Assembly (NCBI RefSeq): GCF_009834535.1
Contig: NC_045697.1
Span: 105,774,001-105,838,000, forward strand
Direction of reading: 5' to 3'
Source of the DNA: Camelus ferus
Lineage: Eukaryota
Length of the DNA stretch: 64,000 nucleotides
The position numbers were made by a program, and so were the translations under genes. The notes beneath the pieces were generated by a model. That model worked only from the letters and a program-made list of their open reading frames with translations. It searched no databases and was not told where the DNA came from. How positions within the stretch are numbered: the stretch's first letter is position 1; each line of letters begins with the position of its first letter. Positions 1 through 13,027 of the stretch are shown piece by piece.

Positions 1-499
1 GTGTCCCCAGGATAGATGGATGATTCTAGAGCAAGGCCTCTCATGTCACCTGTGGGGCTTATTTAACTAAATCAGAGAGCAAAGCACAGGCAACAGAGCA
101 GCTGTTTCAGCCCTACCTACAGATTGGAAACAGGAGTGAGACTGACTATTGGTCAAAATGAGGGGAGAGCACATCTTTTAGGATATTTAAAATGAGTAGC
201 TAAGGAACATAACCATAACAACAATAATAATAAATATATCCTAAAATAAGTGTAATTTCTTTGCATAATGGAATAGTTGATATTTTTTCACTGATAATTT
301 AATCTCATTTATGTGGTGTTCTGTTCTCAAAAGAACTTGGAAAAGAAGGTAACATCAAATATTGACATTTAAGATGGCTGCTAGTTGAACTGTCTTTAGA
401 ACTCTGAATCACTTTGAGTTGAGATTTATAAAGCAATAGTGCTGCGCACATAGGCCCTCAATAAGTACTGGTTGAAGGAATAAATCAAAGTACCTCAAA

Positions 500-680
500 A
501 AATTTAGAATTTTAGAAATGGGGGGAAACTTTACACAGTCTGATTCTCTCATTTTTAAAACAAAAGACTTGAGGTCAAGGAGAGTGGGTGACTTGCTGGG
601 GTCAGCTCATGAGTCTAGGGCAGACTCGAGAGAGAGAGACACTCTTTGCTTTAGGAGTCTCTGCCCAGGACCCTTAGTTC
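500..680 (-). mobile_element. MIR-family SINE fragment
   Basis: Degenerate MIR core: ctcattttt...aaagacttgaggtcaaggagagtgggtgacttgc. Confidence 0.55.
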
Positions 681-849
681 GTTCAAGACTTACTAGAATG
701 TCACCACTTGACTCTGACCAAGCATTGGGCAAATGGTGGAGAGAAGCTTGGCTTCACTGTGTTTAATGGGAAAAACATACCATTGCTTCTGTGATTGATT
801 CTTTGACAATCAAGGACCTTACTTGTTCCCAGCAACACAACTAAACAGA

Positions 850-940
850 AGAGGAAAGCTGGGCTGAGGGTGGCCAAGTGACTGGCACAGTCACTCAGGG
901 GCTGAGTTGGGACTTGACTGTCCACTTGTGATTCAGAGAC
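850..940 (-). mobile_element. MIR fragment
   Basis: gaggaaagctgggctgagggtggccaagtgactggcacagtcac resembles the MIR core. Confidence 0.45.
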
Positions 941-1444
941 AGCGTCAGAATAAAGATGTTATCTAAGAAAACTGTGACATCTCTTTTGACATTCTTATTT
1001 TACAGTGTACTCATCATTATTATGTTTTCTGAGTTCCCTAGACTCTGTCATAGATATGACCATGGTTATCAACAATGTTCGCCTCGCATAACATGGCCAA
1101 ATGACTTCCCAGGTATGAGGCTCAGTGGTGACCTCCACCCAGCTTGAACATTAGCCTGAAACTATTTCTGGGCCAATTAAGTTTTTATCCATCTTATGAA
1201 ATATATTGTTCCCTCTTTGCTGGTTCCACTCCTGACATGTCTTGGATGCTTTATCTACCATTCTATCTTCATGAGCAAAGCAGTCACGGGGTTCCTGTGC
1301 CCTATGGCCCTACTCAGAACTCCCCAGAAACTTAGAATCCTATGTGAGGAGAGGCAGCTGTAAGCACATTCTATTTTAATTCTTTAAAAATAAATAATTT
1401 AAGTCACTTCCTTTTTTATTGTATTATACTGTATTGTATTGTAT

Positions 1445-2045
1445 TGTATTTGAATAAGCAATACATTTGCATGGTTCAAAGACATTCAAAAATAAATGAG
1501 AGAGAATATAGGGAAAAATTTCCCTCCACCTTTTTCTCTTTGTCAACCAGTTCTCCCTGTAGGCAGATTAAGTTTCTTATACATTCTTCCAAAGTTATTT
1601 TATACATACACAAGTGCATGTGTGTGTGTACATATACGTATACTTACGTTTATTCACCCTTTGTGCAAAAATGATTGCATTCTATACGTGCTATTTTGTT
1701 ACCTTGAGTTTTCCATTTTATACTTTATCTTGGAACTCTTTCCTTAGAAGTATGTAAAATAGTTCCTTATTTTTATTATGGCTGTAGAGTATTCCATTGT
1801 CTGGCTGTATTAAGTATGTTTAACCTGTCTGCCACTAGTGAAAACTTAGATGTTCTTTTCAACAGTTGTTATTACCAAAAGGTTGAAATAACACTCTACA
1901 TTGGTTATTTTATTTGTATGTGAAAATGTATTTCAACTGGGTAAATTCCTAGCAGTAGAATCACTAGGTTATGGTATAAAGGGGATTTTTTTTTTGCAAG
2001 TAAGCGCACTTATTTTGATAGGTATTGCCAAATTCCCTTCATATG
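1445..2045 (-). mobile_element. Old L1 (L1ME-type) 3' region
   Basis: Antisense L1ME-like motifs: atggctgtagagtattccattgt, gggtaaattcctagcagtagaatcactagg, ttttgataggtattgccaaatt. Confidence 0.75.
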
Positions 2046-3424
2046 AACGTTAGTTGACTGATTACCATACAGAACCTGCTTGTCTTCTTACAGTCCTGTG
2101 AATCTAAGTACATGTGTTTTTGGTTTAGGAAGAGAATTTTTATCAAGAAAAGGTAGAATAAACTAAGAGTAATACCAGTAGCCAGTATTTCCTTGACATT
2201 AGTATGTTCCAGGCATTGTTCTAAGGGCTTTACTTTGATCAGTGAGTAGATATTTCATCCACTCCTCCTTCAGTCCCCCAGACAAGAATTCTCCACATTC
2301 AGCTCAAGATATTTCCCAGTAATTATACAATAAAAAGTAAAATTTGAGGAGAGTTTTTTCTTTCAATTTTTGAATCTTCAAATCTTTTTTCATTGATGGG
2401 TTGAAAGAATATGGGTTTCTTCCTTATTTACAGCCTGCTTCCTTCTTCCTTTTGGCCATCCTGCCACTTTTCTTCCTCCTAACCTTCCTCCCAGATGCAG
2501 ACTTCTCTGAATACCACCACAGCACAACCCTGTGTGAAGGAACAGATCCTCACAGCATTTCATGGATAGCTTCTCTTTATTTCCACATAAAGCATGTGAT
2601 GGACTTGCTCCTACCAGAGTGTTGGGCAGCTGTTGATTTCTGTGTTCTCTTACCAAGAATTTCTTTTCCACTTACCAAGAATGAGTCATTTTCCTAGATC
2701 TTAATTTCAATTTTCTTGTATTGGTTGACTGTCTATTTAGAACTTGTTTTCTCATTAAACACAGCTCTAATCTCATACGGTTTACTCTCAGGGACAAGCA
2801 GCAGTGAACAAGAGTAGGAAGAACTTCACTGTGGCTGCCATGTGCCAGGCTCTGTTCTAAGTGCTTTGCACACTGTTCTTGGGGTACAAAGCTTAACATG
2901 CCTTCCCATATCCCTCAACCACGTCTTTCTCTTTCAACGTGCAGCTCGCATCAGGCACCTCTCCATTTTGAGATCTGGCGGAGGCATGGGGTGTGGCTTC
3001 CAAGGTGTCTGCCAAGGGATCAGATGAGGCTTTTGGTAGAATAAGGGAGTTGGCTCTCTACAGAGTGAACCAGTTGGAATTAAAGTAGCTGAAAGGAACC
3101 AAAAAGATAAATCCCCCTCCGCTATCTTATTTGCGGACTACACACGGCACAGTTCCTTTTGGCAACCCTTCCACAGAAATCCAGTTTCAGTCCCCTTCGT
3201 TGAAAGAATGTTGGCTGAGCCACATTCTGTGTCTTCCTGGCTGTTTGTGGAGGAGCCAGTATGGCGGGAGTCATGCTGAATCACATTGTAGCTTCTCTTG
3301 TTTTATTTTCCTTTTACCCTCACTGTTGCCATCTTAGCCTTATAACACCTCCAAGAACTAGCCTCACCATAACATTTGCCTCTGCATCTTTCCAGAGGCC
3401 CCCAGCTGAGATCTAACACACAAC

Positions 3425-3610
3425 TAATTTAGTCCTCACAAGAACAAGAACTCTATTAGATAGATACTTCTCTTCCCTGTTTCAAAGATGATGAAACTAA
3501 GGGGCTTAAATGACTTGCTCAAGGTCACCAAGTAACTTTGTGGCAGCAATGGATTTCAATCTAGTCTGCATCCGGTATCCATGCTCTTAACCATTGCTCT
3601 CAGCTGCCTT
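3425..3610 (-). mobile_element. MIR SINE
   Basis: agatgatgaaactaagg...aaatgacttgctcaaggtcac...ggatttcaa...catgctcttaacc. Confidence 0.75.
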
Positions 3611-6401
3611 CCAATATGAAGCCTCTCAGAGCTGAGATGTGGAACAATCCCTAGGTTCATACATCAGCTGAGTGACTTGTCCCCGAGCAAGTTCTCTGCA
3701 TCATAAGATTCAAATTTGAACCTCAGCAAAGTGATCATTTGTTATATGTCATGGACCCTTGGAGATTGTTCTGGAAATGTAGGAGCTGATGGTTGCAACT
3801 GAAATCCAAGGGGTTGTTGTGTTTACTTCCTTACCGCATGTACTGTTCTGGAAAGTGTAAGATAGCACACACTTACAACAACCCATTTAATAATCACAGT
3901 TTCTAGTCTAAGCATCGGGATGTATGGCCTGACGTGTGTGGCACCCCAATATCTCTTCCGTGATGGGAAGAAAAGTGACCCAGGAAATTGAGAGACACAG
4001 TTATAGTACATACATATGTATCATTAAAGCTAGTGGACATAAGGAAAAAGATCTGAAAGAATTTTTTTCACAGAACTTTCTGTTAGGATAAGGTTATCCT
4101 CCCTTCCACACCTGACCTGCAACTTTCAGGAAGCCTGGGCTTAACTGCTTTGATTTACTCTCATAATAAGGTGATCAGTTAATGTAAAAGGCTGACTTTA
4201 TAAGGCCTGTCTTCAAATACTGTTGGAGATTTCTGTGGTGAGAGAGCTGTATTGTCACTACTCTAAAAAGGTCATTGGAAAAGAATCAGAGACAGCATAA
4301 AGGATGGTTTACACGTCAGGAGACTCTCTGTAGAACAGGCAGAGAATGTTGAACATCCGACCTCTTGAGGTTTGGTGCAGATGTTAAGTAGTAAATATAA
4401 TTTGACTTGTTGCTCTGTAGATTCTTTCCCTGTCAAAAATTACACTCTTTGAAGCCCATCTCTATGCCCTGTCCTATGACTGAATGAGAAGGTCCTGGAG
4501 AAACCTCAAATGTTACAGAGTGGAATGCATTGAATGGTAATTAGGGTCTGTCAGAGCTGTTTCATGACCCTACATGACCAGTTCCTGGGGTCAAAGTTCA
4601 TAATGACAATTCTTATTCTGGAACCAGATATTTAAAATAAAAGAGAGCAATATTAAAGAGGAGCCCAGTTAGAGATGTTCTTGACGCCATAGTTTGACAC
4701 TGACTGACCACTGAGAAGGGTGGAAAAGTTTCGAATGTGCATCTGGGTTTGTCAGGCATGAGAGTAGCCTATTTGCTGTTGGGTCTCTAAGCATGACGTT
4801 ATGTGGGTATGTGTGACTTGCTGGCCATCTGAGACAGGTGTTGACTTTCTAAAGCTGATGTCTCTCCCCAACCAACATCCACCTTCCTCCCAGGCTCTGT
4901 GGGTTTGCCAGGGCCATTGTTTGTCATTTGTTCAGTTTTCATCTTTCTGAGATAATATGGTGACACACAAGACCACAGCTGTGCCTCTTCTCAAATCCTT
5001 TCGTGTTTAGACTTGGTTTTTGTTTAACTAGGAGAAATTTACCATAAAATTCACCATTTTCTGAGTATGGCTGGCAGAGCCAAACACGATGGCGATGTCA
5101 CCTGGCTTTTAAAGAGGCTTAAATCCTGAAAGGCCAGTTTGCAAGCCTCACATATTTTATCACTGACACCAAGCTGGGAAAGAAGTGAGAATATTTTGAT
5201 CACTGGGTACGGGCCTTTGCGGCAGATGGTCTCTTCAGCAGTATTCCATTTGGGGGGTCAGTGGGGGAGAGAGGAGGATATCCAAATAGAATATATAAAG
5301 TCAAAGAGATACAAACTTGGCCTCATTTTACAAGGTTTTGTGCCAAACTTTGGAACACCCATGCATCTCCATTCCAGAGGGTAGAGGTTCCCTGTCTGAG
5401 CAGTGTGATGGGGATGACAGTTCATTTAAACAGTCTGCTGGGAGGATTTGCTAGGGTGGAAACCCAGAAGCCAGGGATGGTAAACAATATGGGAAAATGC
5501 GTATTCCCATACTATCGGGCGTGAAGGGGCGGGCTTACAGTTATGCCTGCAGAAGCCCCGGGTGGGAAGAACATTGTCAGAGGCATGTGTCTATGGAAAA
5601 GCTTCGAGAAATGCAGCCAGGAAAAGAGCTGAATCATCTGACTTCACCTTAGGTGACTTTGCCTAGGACTGAAATCCCCAGCCCAGCTCCTTGTCCTAAG
5701 ACCTGGGTACTGCCGGCTGACAGGCTGGCTGGCAGGAGTCCAGAGACTGAGCTGCTTGGAAGATTTGGCACCACCCTCACCCTCACTAGACAACCATTAT
5801 GATCATGCAAATGTACTTAGAAAAAGACTGAGACAGGACCAGCTACCAAGCCAAGCTGGAGCTCTCTCAGGTCACAGGATTCTGCCAACTCCAGCTTACT
5901 CAGTTTTCTGTCTTGATTTTATTTATTTATTTGCCTGGAAACTGCAGCTTTTTGTGTATGAAAACTCTTAGGCAGAAGCAAGAAAGTCATCTGGGGGAAA
6001 ATCATTTTTCCCAAGGGCCCGATGGTACAGATGTTGACAGAGGGAAGACCAGAGAATGACATCAGTGTCGTTAGAAGCGGTCACCATTGCCTGCTGGGCC
6101 TCCCAGTTGAAGATATCTTTCCCAGGCAGCTTCAGTTATTGGTGGACTTGAACTTGGGCTAACCTCAGTTGTCTCAGATGGCAGAGGCCACCTTGAGGTT
6201 CCTCACAAGGCGGGCAGGTGAGCCATTACACAGCAGTGCCTCCCTGATGACCAGCGAAGGCACTGTTAGCTCTGGGGCTGACACTTCTGAGCAGTAGCTG
6301 TGTTGCTGCTAAGACTTGCTCCGCTCTTGAGGGGAGAGGCGAGAAGCAGCTGGTCCCCAAGGAACACACTGCTTATAACTTACATGTACATTGTGATTTG
6401 C

Positions 6402-6419
6402 TTTTTTTTTTTTTTTTTT
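6402..6419. repeat. Poly-T tract (T18)
   Basis: Direct read. Confidence 0.95.
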
Positions 6420-6644
6420 GCTCTTGACATGGAAAGACCGACTGAAGCCCCAAGGTAATTATTCTGAGTTAATAGTTTGCAGTGCCGTTCCCTTTACATA
6501 AGAAGGGACAGGAAGAGACAACAACTCAGAAGATGAGCTTTCTTTCCTTGGTGCCCTCATATAACAAAATGATAACAGACTGCCTATTACAGTCTATAAA
6601 TGGCTTCATGTGCACACCTAGAGTTTATCTTGGCAACAAGTTTG

Positions 6645-6803
6645 CAAGTGTCTCTGTCCCAGGTATGGAAACTGAGTTTAAAAGGTCAAAGGATGTGCCC
6701 AGAGCAAGGCAGCTCATTAACAGAGAGTTGGGAAAAAAACGGGCACAAACGTAGGGTTTCTGAAACAAAGCCTGGCTTTCTTCTGCCTTTTCCACAGCTG
6801 CCT
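6645..6803 (-). mobile_element. MIR fragment
   Basis: ggaaactgagtttaaaaggtcaaaggatgtgcccagag...ccacagctgcct. Confidence 0.55.
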
Positions 6804-7224
6804 CACTTTTGTAAAGTGCTAAGTGAGTACATTGCTGTGAAACCTGTAGATTTTTAACTGGGGAATGTTTAAAATGGAAATTAGCCTCGTACCAAATGAG
6901 GCTAATTTTCCCTCTTTGGGAGAGATTAGATCGGGAAAAGCCGTAGCGCAGTCAGGATGAGTCTGATCTGAACAGGAGACATCCTATCTGGCCCTCCCTT
7001 CCCACCTCCGCCCCCTGCCCCTTCTGGAGCTGAGAGGCGACTGGAGGAAAGGGTATTTTTGCATGTCTCCGGTACATGTTGCCAGTCAACTTCCATCTTT
7101 TGCTGCAGTTGTGCAGTTTAGGTCCTGGGTAGGAGGTAAGACAGGAACTTGGAGTTTCTCTGTCCTTCCTGAAGCTTCTAGAAAACTGAAAATGGAGGGT
7201 TAAGATGTTCAATTCTCTTCTATG

Positions 7225-7777
7225 TTTACTTTCAACTTTTTATATAATTTCAGACATTCAGAAAAGTTACCCAAATAATATACAGAATTCCAACATATAT
7301 TTCATCCAATTGTTAACATTTTCTTCTCCCCTCTCTTTTTTTCTATACATGTACAGATACAGATATATCTGTATCTGTCCAGACCAGTGCATATTTTTTC
7401 TGAACTTTATGAGAGTAAGTTGCTGATATGGTTCTCTTTGACCTCTAAAATTCTACTGTGTGCTACTTCCTAAAAATCAGCACATAACCATAGTGCAAAT
7501 ATCAAACTCAGGAATTTAACATTGATGCAATAATATTTCCTAAGCAATAGACCTTATTAGATTTTTGCCAGTTGTCCCAATATTATTTATAACGAAAGAA
7601 GCGACTAGATCACGCTTTCCATTCAAGAGCCGTGTCTGTCTACTTTTCTTCAATCTGGACGTTTCTCAGTCCTTCTTTGACTTTGATGGCCTCGACACTT
7701 TTGAAGATTACAAGTCAGTTACTCTGTAGACTGCTTCTCACTTTGGGCTCATCTGATGATTCATTCTGGTTGAATTC
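7225..7777 (-). mobile_element. Old L1 (L1MC-type) 3' end
   Basis: atcaaactcaggaatttaacattgatgcaata, ttgccagttgtcccaata and gacacttttgaagattacaagtcag are typical antisense L1MC 3'UTR motifs. Confidence 0.75.
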
Positions 7778-8525
7778 TAGAACTGAAAAGAAAGTCAATA
7801 ATAAAAGCATAAATAAATAAATATCCTAGATTAGATGAAAAGCTTGTTTGTTTCTTTCCCTGTTTTACTGTTTTCCATCATTTAGTACCAATATTCTTTA
7901 GACCAAAAACACTATATACATAAGTGCTCATTTTTTTTAACTAACAAATCCTGCTTTGTTGCTCCTAAAATTTTCTCACCACTTTCTCCTTTTTGAAGCA
8001 TAATGTGTTTGCCCCTTTGTCTTCTTTCTCATTTGTTTCTTGCACATTTCCAAGAATGTTTTTGTGTGTCTGGTTTCCCTAGATGTATAAACTGTATAAA
8101 CTTTCCCTTTCCCTATGCACCTGCTCTCTAAGTCCCTTTTGTGCCATGTTGAAAACACTCTTCTGTTTAGGGGGATTGTTTCTCATTTGCTTAGTGAAGT
8201 GACCTGAAGGGCATGAATCCACGTGGTATTTAGTGGAGTGTGTAAGCATTACAAGATCTCTTGGAAACGAGCTCTGAATGTCTGAGAGTCATTAGCAGGG
8301 CCGGACAGAGGGGGCCGAGTGGAACAAGTAGGCTGCACTCATTTGGAAGCGGAGCGCTTTCTGCTTCTTTTTAACGCTGAGCTGAAGGTTGTGAGAGGGC
8401 TCGGCAGCAGTTTCCTGGGTGCTCTCCATGTCCCCTTCCTCTCTACCAACCCATCCTACACACCCCATCCCACACAGCAGAGTAAGGTCAGAGTGGGGAG
8501 AGGAATTATCAAAAGCACATTCTGA

Positions 8526-8736
8526 GATTTGCAGATACTGACTGGTATACATAAAATAAACAAGTTTCTACTGTACAGCACAGGCAACTATATTCAATAT
8601 CCTGTAGTAGCTTATGGTGAAAAAGAATATGAAAACGAATATATGTATATTCGTGGATGACTGAAGCATTGTGCTGTACACCAGAAATTGACACAATGTT
8701 GTAAACTGACTATACCTCAATAATAATAATAATAAT
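8526..8736 (+). mobile_element. Young 5'-truncated L1 3' end (cetartiodactyl/camelid type) with TSD
   Basis: ctactgtacagcacaggcaactatattcaata...tgctgtacaccagaaattgacaca; (AAT)n tail; perfect 15-bp TSD aaaagcacattctga at 8511-8525 and 8737-8751. Confidence 0.92.
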
Positions 8737-10656
8737 AAAAGCACATTCTGAAATTACCGGAGAAAGGAAAGAGGCGCTCTCGTCTGGAGGGCAGGAGAAA
8801 ACAGACTGAAGATACATCCATTCTGCTCCCCCTGTGTTATCATGGGACGCTGATTAGAGACAGTGAAAGGAAAGTCAGGTTGTGGAAGGTACAGTTTGCT
8901 GTAGAAAGAAGGGGGTAGGAACTGTAGGAAAAATACAGTAGCTAAAAATGAAGTGTGCATTTCCTCTGCCCCCACAGACTTGGAAATGCTTCCAAGTGGT
9001 GTCATGCAGAGTGAGTTTTGTGGGTTGTCTCGGATTCATGCCCATACTCCTGCATCCTTGCTTCTGGAGATGATGTATCAGAGGGGAGGTCCACATGACA
9101 TGGGTTGATGAAAGGGCTGTTATCTAAAGGTTATTATAACTATTGCTGTTGAGCCAAGTTTTATGCCTTCCTTTTTATTGGTAATTCAAAATTTAGGGTC
9201 TATGATTTGGAAGGATATACAAAAAGTAAGTGATGGAGGCCCCGTGAAAAGGCAAGTTCCCTTAATTTATGTTCCTCAGGTCCTCATGCTAGATGTATTT
9301 GCCTGCACATAAGACAGAGAGCAGTAACATTAACTCAATGATGTTGAAATGTTCAACCGCTAAAGGCCGTGGATAGAGAACCAAATCATGGTTATAAAAA
9401 GAGGAACATGAAAACATTTTTTACATGAATAAATATGTTATTTGAACCCTTACTCTATAATAACTGCTTTCCTCTTTTATTCTGGACCCTCTATATGTTT
9501 AGACTGATCTTTATCTGTTTTAGTGCAGGGTCTTATGAATTTTCAAAGTTTTAATGTTTTCACATACTTAAGGATTCAATTCACACCCATTTAGCCTCTA
9601 GGATGCCTAAGATACTGGGCTCCATGTAGTGGAGGACAAAGTGAGAACCAACACATGGCCTCAGCTCTAAGCATGTCCTCTTTTAGTTAGAGGGCTAGCA
9701 ATCCAGAGATCCTGGAAACAAGCAAATGTAACAAAGTAAGAAAACTTAGGGGAGGTCATTTTAACTTCCTCACATTCAAGGCAAACCCAGTGGAAAATGC
9801 TCCCAGCTCCTTCCAAGGCCCACTTTGCCTGAAACACTCTTTATACTCACAGGACTGTGTAGGTCGCACACAGCCTGTCTTTCCGTCTGCAAAGAGAAGA
9901 GGGATGAAGAGGTATTTTTGATGAAACAGGAAATGGGGGTCAAACCCAAGGTTGGTGTTTCTAGAACTAGGAAATCTAAGGCAAATCAGATAAAGTTTTA
10001 CAAACATAAAACATCTTTATATATAAAGATACTGAGAAGCAATGATGATAGGCCTGCCTGCATAATGGATTCATTTTAGAACAAAAGGCAAAATCAGCAG
10101 AAAATTTTTCACACAATAGGATGTAAAGACATCATCTATGCCTGCACTGACCTACGTACTGTTTCTTATCAGCCCCTTCCTGGAGCACAGGAACTCTTTG
10201 CAAATGCAGACAAAATTATGAACAGCTGTGAGTCTAAACAAGGTTACTCTAAGAGATGAGATGAAGGTAGAATTATAGCAAGAAATTTGAGAATGAACTG
10301 AGAGAACAATTATTTCTAATTACAAACTGAAAACATACACTAAGGAAAGTTTACAAGGTACGGATAACAAAGTTACAATATAAAAATCATTTACAAAGTC
10401 CAACACTCTGATTACCTGTTTGTTATACCATGTGGTTTGTCCTCCCAGATAAGTGTAGACATATGGAAGTATTAATAGAAATATTGGAGCATTTATTTAA
10501 CGATATAATACATCAGTCTGTCTGTCTTTTTCTGTTCTTCTACCTATGTTATCTCTATCTTCATGATAATATTTATTGGTGTATTATACTACTATGTTGA
10601 CATATTATAATTTATTTATCCAATACTTTATTATTTAAAGTTATATTTCTGTAGTT

Positions 10657-11088
10657 GTTTTTTTGATTGAAGTATAGTTGATTTACAATATTGTGTTATT
10701 TTCTGGTGTATGGCATAGTGATTAGTTTTATATATTTATATATATATATATATATTCTTATTTTGTATTCTTTTTCTTTATAGGTTATTACAAGGTATTG
10801 AATATAGTTCACTATGCTACATTGTAGAACCTTGTTGTTTATCTACTTTATATATAGTAGTTAGTATCTACAAATCCTGAACTCCTAATTTATCCACCCC
10901 CCTTTCCCCTTTGGTAACCACAGGTTTGTTTTTGTTTTCTATGTCTGTGAGTCTGTTTCTGTTTTATAAATAAGTTCATTTGTCACATTTTTTTTTTTTT
11001 AGATTTCACATATAAGTAATCATGTGATATTTATCTTTCTCTGTTTGACTTACTTCACATAGTATGATAATCTCTAGTTCCATCCATG
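10657..11088 (-). mobile_element. 5'-truncated L1 3' end with TSD
   Basis: ttgaagtatagttgatttacaata...ctctagttccatccatgt; 15-bp TSD tatatttct(g/a)tagtt at 10642-10656 and 11089-11103. Confidence 0.9.
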
Positions 11089-11540
11089 TATATTTCTATA
11101 GTTTTCAAACATTTCTTTTTATATAGATATAATAATATCTACAATGTGTTAGATGTTCAGTATCCCCCATGCACCTTATTCAGTAATAAGTTTATTGAGC
11201 AGTCTCAGCTCATTGGGTCTTGACCTGGAACAAATTTATTTTTCTGCAGTCACTCCCCACCAGGCTTGCAATTTTAGATCTTTGTTCTTTGCTGCAAAGC
11301 AGTTTCATGGGTGACATCTAAAGAAAATTTCATAACTTTCTCATGATTTTTAATTATTAAACCACTGCCCAGTTCAAAACTCAAACTTGAGTCCAGGAGA
11401 ATTCTTCTGAGGGCCTTGTGGGGATCACTCCAGGATGGAGGTACCTGCTCTGGAAAAGCAAGAGATTGAATCTGGATGAGCAGCCCCCAACCCCTCAGCC
11501 CCACGTCCTAGAGTCTTTGCTCCAGAGTGTGGGCCACTGG

Positions 11541-11552
11541 CAAGATGGCGGC
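11541..11552. promoter_or_regulatory. Perfect YY1 consensus motif CAAGATGGCGGC
   Basis: Exact 12-mer match to the YY1 consensus with intact CpG; binding not shown. Confidence 0.3.
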
Positions 11553-11789
11553 TCAAGCTTGACTATCTCCAGCATTGTTGCTTGGCACACAGACACTCAG
11601 GCATTGGCCCCCCACAATTAGGGTATGCAGGTTGCCCTGTTGCCTGCCACCTCTCTTTCTACTCTGCTCCCTCCAATTTCTTCTTTCTTGTGTCAGGTAG
11701 TCACAAATTGATCAAACAGTTAACTACCCAAATGACAACTTCCCCTACTTGAAGAAATCCATAATCTTTTCAAGTGATTCATTTGGTAC

Positions 11790-12147
11790 TGCTTTAGTCT
11801 GCTTGGGCTGCTGTAACAAAGTACCACATATTGGTGGCTTATAAACAATAGAGTTTGATTTCTCACAGTTCTGGAAGCTAAGAAAACCAAGATCAAGATG
11901 GACTTGGTGTCTGGTGAGGGTTTACTTCCTGGTTTATAGATGGCATCATCTCACTGTGTCCTCACATGATGGAAGGGGAGAAGCAGCTCTCTGGGTCTTC
12001 TTTTATAAGGACACTAACTCCACTCATGAGAGCTCTGCTCTCATGATCTTATCACCTCTCAAGGGCTCTAACTCCAAATAACATTGTATTGAGGATTGGG
12101 TTTCAACATATGAATTTTGGGGGAACACAAACATTCAGTTAGCAGCA
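11790..12147 (-). mobile_element. MaLR solo LTR (MLT1A-like)
   Basis: tgctttagtctgcttgggctgctgtaacaaagtaccac...tttcaacatatgaattttgggggaacacaaacattcag; TG...CA, ~360 bp. Confidence 0.88.
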
Positions 12148-12332
12148 GGGCCCCACCCACCTAACCCCTCCCCAATTTAGTTAAAGCCCCCTAGGGGAAT
12201 AAAAAACCCCAGAGTCATGCCCCTACTCTTATCCCCAATGAGTTGACAGCACATTACTTTGAAGATCTTTTCCTCTTTTCCCTTACCTGTCTTTTGCTTG
12301 TATAGACTACAGTTTATATAGATGGTCTGGGT

Positions 12333-12504
12333 AAATGTTTCTCAAACCTTATTAATCCCATGAGCTCAGTCACCTCAGGTACTTATTAAAATGAAGATTA
12401 TAATTCTATAGTGCTGGGGTGGGGCCTGAGATTCTGCATTTCTAGCAGGCTCCCAGGTGAGACTGATGCTACTGATCCATGAATCACAAGTTGATTAGCA
12501 AAGG
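12333..12504. mobile_element. hAT-Charlie MITE (MER5-like)
   Basis: tgtttctcaaac...ctggggtggggcctgagattctgcatttctagcaggctcccaggtga...gatgct. Confidence 0.8.
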
Positions 12505-12719
12505 TCTAGCTGTTATGGTTGATTGTGGCCAGGCTGTTTTTGCTCCTTTTTGGAAGGCCCTGGAGGACCTTGTGGCCCTGATTGCTGACTGCACACCTGC
12601 AAATATGTGGTTCTAAGTCTTGATCCTTGGACTAAGGCTCTGTTGTTGACTTCAGTTGACCCAAAAATCTCCCTCATTATCTTCTTTCACATGTATTACT
12701 TTATTTCATCGTCACATAA

Positions 12720-12805
12720 ACATTAGTGTCATTATCTCTAGTTTTACCAATGAAGAAACTGAAGCTTTGAGAAGTTGAATAACTCATTCAAACTCTCATA
12801 GCTAT
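12720..12805 (-). mobile_element. MIR core fragment
   Basis: attatctctagttttaccaatgaagaaactgaagct. Confidence 0.6.
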
Positions 12806-12961
12806 ATATATACGTATACATATATCAAAAACAAACAAAAAAAAACCCAACAAAAAAAGAGTTCTGTCTAATTTCTCTCAACCCTTTTCCCCAAGGGTTA
12901 TTGCTAGTTCAACAGTGTCTCACAGCCTGGTCCAATTTTCCCAAAAACTACTGTGGAATTT

Positions 12962-12964
<3 letters not shown>

Positions 12965-13005
<41 letters not shown>

Positions 13006-13027
13006 CAACAACAACAACAACAACAAC
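12965..13027. repeat. Compound microsatellite (AAT)12(AAC)9
   Basis: Direct read; explains the poly-Leu ORF 12904..13095. Confidence 0.97.
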
